Positions 57,009 through 64,000 of a stretch of 64,000 nt of DNA are shown here, piece after piece. The stretch is from the NCBI GenBank assembly GCA_012295275.1, contig CM022670.1:15376001-15440000 (forward strand). The letters run 5' to 3'. The DNA comes from Chrysomallon squamiferum. Taxonomy: Eukaryota > Animalia > Mollusca. Below the pieces are notes generated by a model. It made no database searches. It was not told where the DNA came from and saw nothing but the letters and a program-made list of their open reading frames with translations. The stretch's first letter is position 1, and each line of letters starts with the position of its first letter. Made by a program: the position numbers and the translations under genes.

Positions 57009-57467
57009 AATTGTATCTCAGACCATCACAAGTTATGATATATCTCTGTATGTGAAATAATTAGCAAAAAATTCTCTTCAGCAATAAATAAAACGTTTGA
57101 AGAGTACGAAATGTTTGTTCATACCACCATATATTTATTTTACTCCTTTTTTACGATAGCAAGGGAATTTTGTATTTTGAAATTAGTGTTTATTAGACGT
57201 AGTTTCTAAGATTATTTAATACATGTAATTTTTTTTTTTTTTTTTTTTTTTTTTCATAAATAGTTAAATATAAATGTTGCTGTCACATCGCTTCTTCTCA
57301 TTAACAGCAAGAAATAGTAATGTATCGGCGTAAACGGATGACCCTGCCATTGTTTTTAATAATCTGTGGTTGTAACGGGAAATTTGTAATTGGATCGACG
57401 GATTTTTCGGATTAATGATAGCTAATGTTTCATGGGTTATTAACTAAGTGACACAAATGTAGATTAC

Positions 57468-57501
<34 letters not shown>

Positions 57502-57602
57502 GATTATTATTATTATTATTATTATTATTGTTATTGTTGTTATTATTATTATTGTTGTTGTTGTTGTTGTTGTTGTTGTTATTGTTATTATTATTATTTC
57601 AG

Positions 57603-57655
57603 GACTGCTTGGTTTCGTTGCTGGAGTTAGTGAAAGTCAGTGTCTTCTTCAAATA
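57603..57655 (+). CDS. Tetraspanin exon 4 (GLLGFVAGVSESQCLLQI)
   Basis: Acceptor tttcag|. Donor |GTAAGT. Phase 1 to 0. G..G...G..ES.CLL motif. Confidence 0.92.
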
Positions 57656-57966
57656 GTAAGTCTCTTTGTATCTCTTTTTTTTTTTTTTTATTTACTTACT
57701 TACTTTTTATTTATTTATTTATTTATATATTTATTTACTTACTTTTGTATTTATTTATTTATTTATATATTTATTTATTTATATATTTATTTTTTTTTTT
57801 TTTTCTTGTTTTTTTTTTTTTTTTTGCATTTTTTATTATGATTTTTTTTTTTTTTAAAGTCTATATGACATTTACTTCACCTGAGTATTCCGAATAAAGA
57901 AAACATCTTTTCAGACAAATTTGTTTTTATTCATTAAGTTCCTAAATGAGGGAATGCATTTGTGAG

Positions 57967-58080
<114 letters not shown>

Positions 58081-58450
58081 CCTCCATCCCTCTGTTTCTC
58101 TTTCTATATACATACATACATTCAGTGCATATGTTATATATTTTGATGTTATACATACATATATACATATACCACACAGCAGACAAACACACATGCACAT
58201 ACACTTACATAAATAAATTCATATTTGTATGTGGTATAAATTCACGAACAATACAGATATTTTATTAATTATCTTATGCAATTTGGAAACGTGCCATTTA
58301 TTTTTTCCACCATTTTATCATGTCGCCGTGTATGTTTACATTTATTCTAATATGTTTATGTCCATGTCTTTTTACATTTCAATTTATTAGTTTATACCAT
58401 ACATCACCCTTGAACTTATTTAGTTTGGAAAATGTGCTATATAAATATGG

Positions 58451-58619
<169 letters not shown>

Positions 58620-58629
58620 TTTGTTTCAG

Positions 58630-58704
58630 TATGTTGGGCTTGTGACGACGCTGTTGTTCCTGGAAATAGTGTGTGTAGTAGCTGCATACGTCCAGAGAAA
58701 CAGC
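58630..58704 (+). CDS. Tetraspanin exon 5 (YVGLVTTLLFLEIVCVVAAYVQRNS)
   Basis: 75-nt TM3 exon with the polar E. Acceptor tttcag|. Donor |GTAAGT. Confidence 0.92.
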
Positions 58705-58944
58705 GTAAGTTTGACACTGGTGTGTTTTTATCTACAAAACAAACACGATGTAAATCTGTGGTTTTTCTTCAATACTTTGACTTAGTTTTGTTTTCATTAT
58801 TTTGTTCTGTTATGTTTTGTTTTGTTTTACTTAGCTTCGTTTTAATTTTAATTTTAATTTTTTTATTTTATATTTATTTTATTTTTATTTTTATTTTTAT
58901 TTTATTTTTATTTTTATTTTATTTTTATTTTATTTTTTATTTTA

Positions 58945-58975
<31 letters not shown>

Positions 58976-59337
58976 TTTATTTTTTATTTTATATTTATTT
59001 TTATTTTATTTTTATTTTTTTTTTATTTATTTTTATTTTTATTTTTATTTTCATTTAATTTCAGGTGGTTTTTCGTTTCGTTTCGTTTCGTTTCATTTTA
59101 TTTTATCTTAACTCATTTTATTTCACTTCATTTCAGTTTTATTTTGTTATATCTGGATTTCTCTTTCATCTCAGACAACGAATGCAGACGGAGAACAAAA
59201 GTTACTATTTGTATTTTATAGTTTATTTCCCTTTGTTTGTTCCTTGCGACTGCTAACGCCATATTTACCAGTATTGCCATCTGGCTTATTTTATTTTGTC
59301 TTATCAATATTTATTATTCACTGGTTGATATTTACAG

Positions 59338-59406
59338 CTACCAGCATACACGCGGTCTGGCTGGAGTGAAATGAACCAGGAAACGAGGGACTTCCTACAA
59401 ACACAG
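59338..59406 (+). CDS. Tetraspanin exon 6 (LPAYTRSGWSEMNQETRDFLQTQ)
   Basis: Acceptor tttacag|. Donor CAG|GTGTGT. D-x-L-Q precedes CCG. Confidence 0.9.
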
Positions 59407-59718
59407 GTGTGTCATGTAAATGTTTCGCATTCCCAATCGTTTGTATTGATGTGAAAGGGCGTATTTGTCATAGGGATCAAATCAAATCAAACACCGCTCT
59501 TCTTGAAGTGGCGCGCTATCTGACTTTTGACAGCTTGAAATATAATATCAGTTTCTGAGAAGTGATCTGATATTACTTAAGCAAAAGTATCTTTAGAATA
59601 GTTTTATGAAAACCTGAATGAATTTTATTTCAATGACCTAACCGTGTTAGTTTTCCTTTTTTATGTGTTTGTTTTTTGTTTTGTTTTTTTTGTTGTTTTT
59701 TTAGTTTTATATATTATA

Positions 59719-59804
<86 letters not shown>

Positions 59805-60255
59805 GTTGCAGACTTTTTAATTACATTTTATTTTTTTCATTTTGTATAATATATATATAATTGATATATATAATTGTATTAATACCTCATTAAAACAATT
59901 CTACAACTATCGGATATTAGCTTTATAATTATGACGACATTATGATATATTTTACTTCCTTCACTCCAAACAAATCATTGGACATACAGGAAGTTACTCA
60001 AAAGGGCTTAATCCTACGACTGTTAATCCTTTAAGTTACTGTTGTGACGTCTGAGAATTAAAAACATACACAAAACACGAAACACTGCCAAGTTTCGACT
60101 TCGTTATTTAATTTAAACCTAATTTAGACTGTTACAGAAGAAACACGAACGTAATTATTTACTTGATTTCCTTGTGATGATTAATTTTTTTTTTTTTTTT
60201 TTAAATATTTTTATTATTTCTTCTTCTTCTTCTTTTTTCCAATGTTATTTCACAG

Positions 60256-60360
60256 TTGAAGTGCTGTGGCTTCGACGACCACACTGAGTACATCAACACC
60301 ACTTTGCCAGACAGCTGTTTTCAGACACCTCGTAATAAAACAAACGAAGCACGTTTCCAG
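60256..60360 (+). CDS. Tetraspanin exon 7 (LKCCGFDDHTEYINTTLPDSCF...RFQ)
   Basis: Hallmark CCG and PxSC of the large extracellular loop. Acceptor cacag|. Donor CAG|GTACGA. Confidence 0.95.
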
Positions 60361-60704
60361 GTACGATCTGCTAAATGAACAAGTAACGTTTTAACACAGA
60401 AAACTATTTAAGCTAACAAAATGAATCAATAAATATTTGTTTAACAAAATTCACAATACATTTAAATAGTTATTAAGCTTTAATCAGGTTTTGGGACTTT
60501 TTTTTTTTTTAGAAAGACTGGCGCTAGAATCTGTCAGTTTCCGTAATTCCAAAAAAAGCAAAGCGGTAATAAAACGCCAAAAGAGTGATTTGAGACCCAC
60601 CAGAGTTCTTTCCCTTTGGTGGCAATATATTTTTTCTAATTTAGTGATCTTGCTAGCATCTTAACTGTTCAAGTGCAAACGATAACAACGATTTCTTTTT
60701 CCAG

Positions 60705-60791
60705 GATGGATGTTACAAAAAAATAAAAGAATGGTTTGAATCTAATATCACAATATGGGCCTCAGTGGCAGGAGCTGTGTTATTTGTCCAG
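60705..60791 (+). CDS. Tetraspanin exon 8 (DGCYKKIKEWFESNITIWASVAGAVLFVQ)
   Basis: GC motif and TM4 with Q. Acceptor tttccag|. Donor CAG|GTAAAC. Confidence 0.95.
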
Positions 60792-60860
60792 GTAAACCTT
60801 AGATCTGAACTGAATTCTAAATGTAACTAAGTAACAATAAAACTTACTGTTGTTATAATG

Positions 60861-60967
<107 letters not shown>

Positions 60968-61160
60968 TCAAATAGTCATCGGAAAGCTATAAATAAAATA
61001 TATCCCTGGTCTAGTGTCTATGAGTCGAATGTAACAATAAACTGTAACATGTGCAAGACATTTTATATTCGTTAAAACCAGCAAATGACTTAATGTAAAA
61101 AATTTATTATAATGATAATACGAGAAGCTCCACATATTGTTAGAAACAGAGCAGGTCATT

Positions 61161-61238
<78 letters not shown>

Positions 61239-61262
61239 GCATTTTTTATCTTTTTTTTCCAG

Positions 61263-61418
61263 ATTCTGTCTCTACTGACCAGTTGTGTTGTGCTTAATCG
61301 GGTACACGAAGCTAAGCGGGTGTCTGATGGAAGCGAGAGTCTGCAGCAGATGGCCAAGCTGGAAACGGGACATGCAAATCACGCGTACCAGCTGTCACGA
61401 ATGAAAGAGCGATTCTGA
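61263..61418 (+). CDS. Tetraspanin exon 9 (ILSLLTSCVVL...MKERF*); spliced product 244 aa
   Basis: Acceptor tttttccag|. Stop TGA at 61416-61418. AATAAA at 61508-61513. The nine exons total 735 nt in one open frame. Confidence 0.92.
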   Translation: MLSLLTSCVVLNRVHEAKRVSDGSESLQQMAKLETGHANHAYQLSRMKERF

Positions 61419-62254
61419 ACGTGACTTCCAGTCGCGTGATTTGTCCTGGCCAATGGAGTATTAAAAACGTTTTTTAATTTCTGAGTGTGATGTTAATTTG
61501 GGCTGAAAATAAATGCAAATTAATATTCTTTGACAGCTGTTATTATAAAACATGTAATTATTGGAGATTTTTTTTAATTGTATTTGCAGTTTGATTTTAG
61601 ATCTGAATTTTTGTTTGATTCACTTCAGAATGATTTAAATAATTTTTATAAAAGTCTGTAATTACTTTTTACACGCACGCTCACACACATACATGCACAC
61701 CATCATTATCACCACCAACAAAAACAACACACATACATATACGACAGGTATTTTATAACAGATTAAAGTACCATGAGAATACTAAATATTTATTTAAACA
61801 ATTACTTTTAAATTTAATGATAAAACAGTTTGAAATAAACAATAATACTTTTTTTCACAAAGAATAAGACGTGTGCTACATTCCATTTACACTAATCTAT
61901 ACATGTAAATATGTCTAAACTTTAATATCCATTTATCTTGAATGATTCTTGATTTTGTTCTGTTTTTATAAACAAACACAGCATTACTGCAGTATTGTTT
62001 CTTTCACTGGATTCATGATAATGATATCCTTTGCTGTCCAGTGTAATCTCTTTGTACTAAAAGTATTTTATTTTTGTTACACAGACAATCATTTTGAATT
62101 CAGGTATTTTGTACATAACTTATTATAAATGTGTTTATTTTGTTGTTGCTGTTACATGGGTTTCCTCTTTTCTTTTATTATTTTTAATTTAAAAATATAT
62201 ATATATTATTGTTCGTAATTAACTTATTATTTATAAAATGTTTTAAAATATAAA

Positions 62255-62347
<93 letters not shown>

Positions 62348-62565
62348 CTTGTAAGTTCGAGCCTAACCAACAATTTCAAAAAAACTCGTACACAGCTGAG
62401 AAAGAACTTTTAAAAAAGACACCGGTCCGGTGTTCACTTCTGTGTTTTTTAACTCTTTGTTTCTAGGCATCTATTTTATGTGATTTTTATTATTTGTATT
62501 GCTAATATATATGCACAAATAAATAAATATTTAAAATTTTTTGGTGTTTATAAATTTATATGGTT

Positions 62566-62605
<40 letters not shown>

Positions 62606-63738
62606 TGTTGTAAAAATTATGACTGGATATGTCTACTGTATAATGAAGAAATATGAACTGTACAAATATATATTTTCAGTAATATCATCATTCCAAGATT
62701 ATTCCAAGATTTATTGTCGGATAGAAAAAAATCGAAATCGTAATAAAAATTAAATCAATTATAAATAATAAATGAAACCAAACCTGTCAAACCAAATATA
62801 ACTGTCTAACCCTTTAGCTAGCATTTAATTTGCTCATGATGAGGGTAATAATTAACGATGATAATAGCGTAATAACAGAGGGAGATAACTTCAATTATAA
62901 TAAATTGAAATTATCGTATTTATCTCCCTTACACAACCTTCATTATGGCGAACGTAACAATACAAATAAAATAATAATTAAGACAACAAATAAACAACGA
63001 AAAGGTCCATAACTCCGGTAATTAAATAATAATTATTATCAAATGTTAATTAGCCGAAAAAATAGATAGTTAAATATTTTTTTGTAATATAAGCATACGT
63101 TAGTGTTTGCTAGCTCAGATCTCAGTTTCACCAACTATAGTAATCGTTTTATACAAAGTCTGTTTATGGCATCCTTCACATTAATTCTTTTTGGGTTTTT
63201 TTTTTTTTTTTTTAAAATTTATTTACGTACCACCTTACTTATTCACATTAAGCAGTAATTTTTAGCTAAAAACAAGCACAAAACCGCCGATGTCAGGACT
63301 CAATAACGTTAACTTTTTCTCTACATTAATAAAATTATTTCCGCTGACTGGAGAGGATAATTCAGGTTCTAACAAGCTCGTTAAAACTTTCTGTCACCAG
63401 TCAGAAGGCCAAACACGGGCGACCTACCCTGACAAAGCTGACCAATCCTGGCCGTGGGAAAGTCACCCACATAACTGTTTGCATTGTGTTGTGTGTCAGC
63501 CAGCTCGGTGATAGGTCGCGGCAGAATTTACCTGACTCATGCAAAACGATAGAGACAAAAATCCCCATAAGAATGAGTGGTTCTTTTTTTTTTTTGTTTT
63601 TTTAACTTTTTCCCCAGGAATGTAATTGTATTTATATTTTTTTTATTTGAAGGTCGACTAAATAACAAAAGTATAGGTTACCTGTCAATGAAAAAAAAAT
63701 AAAATAAAATATAAAATAAATAAATAAATAAATAATTA

Positions 63739-63852
<114 letters not shown>

Positions 63853-64000
63853 AACGAAAACACGTTTATCTTAAGAGGACAGTATTTAACTCAGGTTCAA
63901 GATGAATAAACATAACTCAGTAAACTATACAGGATAAAAAATATTAATGAAATACTTTCAGTTGAGTAATGCTTAAAATCTTCTGAGAAGACAGTCTCGT

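Overview
This is AT-rich, microsatellite-dense eukaryotic genomic DNA with spliceosomal GT-AG introns. An invertebrate, probably a mollusc, is inferred from the repeat landscape and gene families. Most ORFs in the supplied track are microsatellite artefacts. Reading splice sites by hand gives six protein-coding genes. (1) The first coding exon of a secreted acidic protein, running off the left edge (-). (2) A single-coding-exon TMEM200-family gene (-). (3) A 2-exon STMND1-like stathmin-domain gene starting MGC (-). (4) A 2-exon, 109-aa acidic Pro-rich MGC protein (-) that looks like a diverged tandem paralog of gene 3, with the same intron phase, an IL[S/A]Q exon-2 start and a shared TATGACGTCATT CRE upstream. 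(5) A TMEM272-like 4-TM gene (+) whose N-terminal extension appears to be a duplicated exon / 17-nt microexon / exon module. (6) A complete 9-exon tetraspanin (+). Repeats include a hAT-type MITE with an 8-bp TSD, a decayed Academ-like transposon, a 12 x 45-46 bp minisatellite, an old ~57-bp degenerate repeat and several hairpins. Family assignments come from recalled motif similarity; no database search was run.
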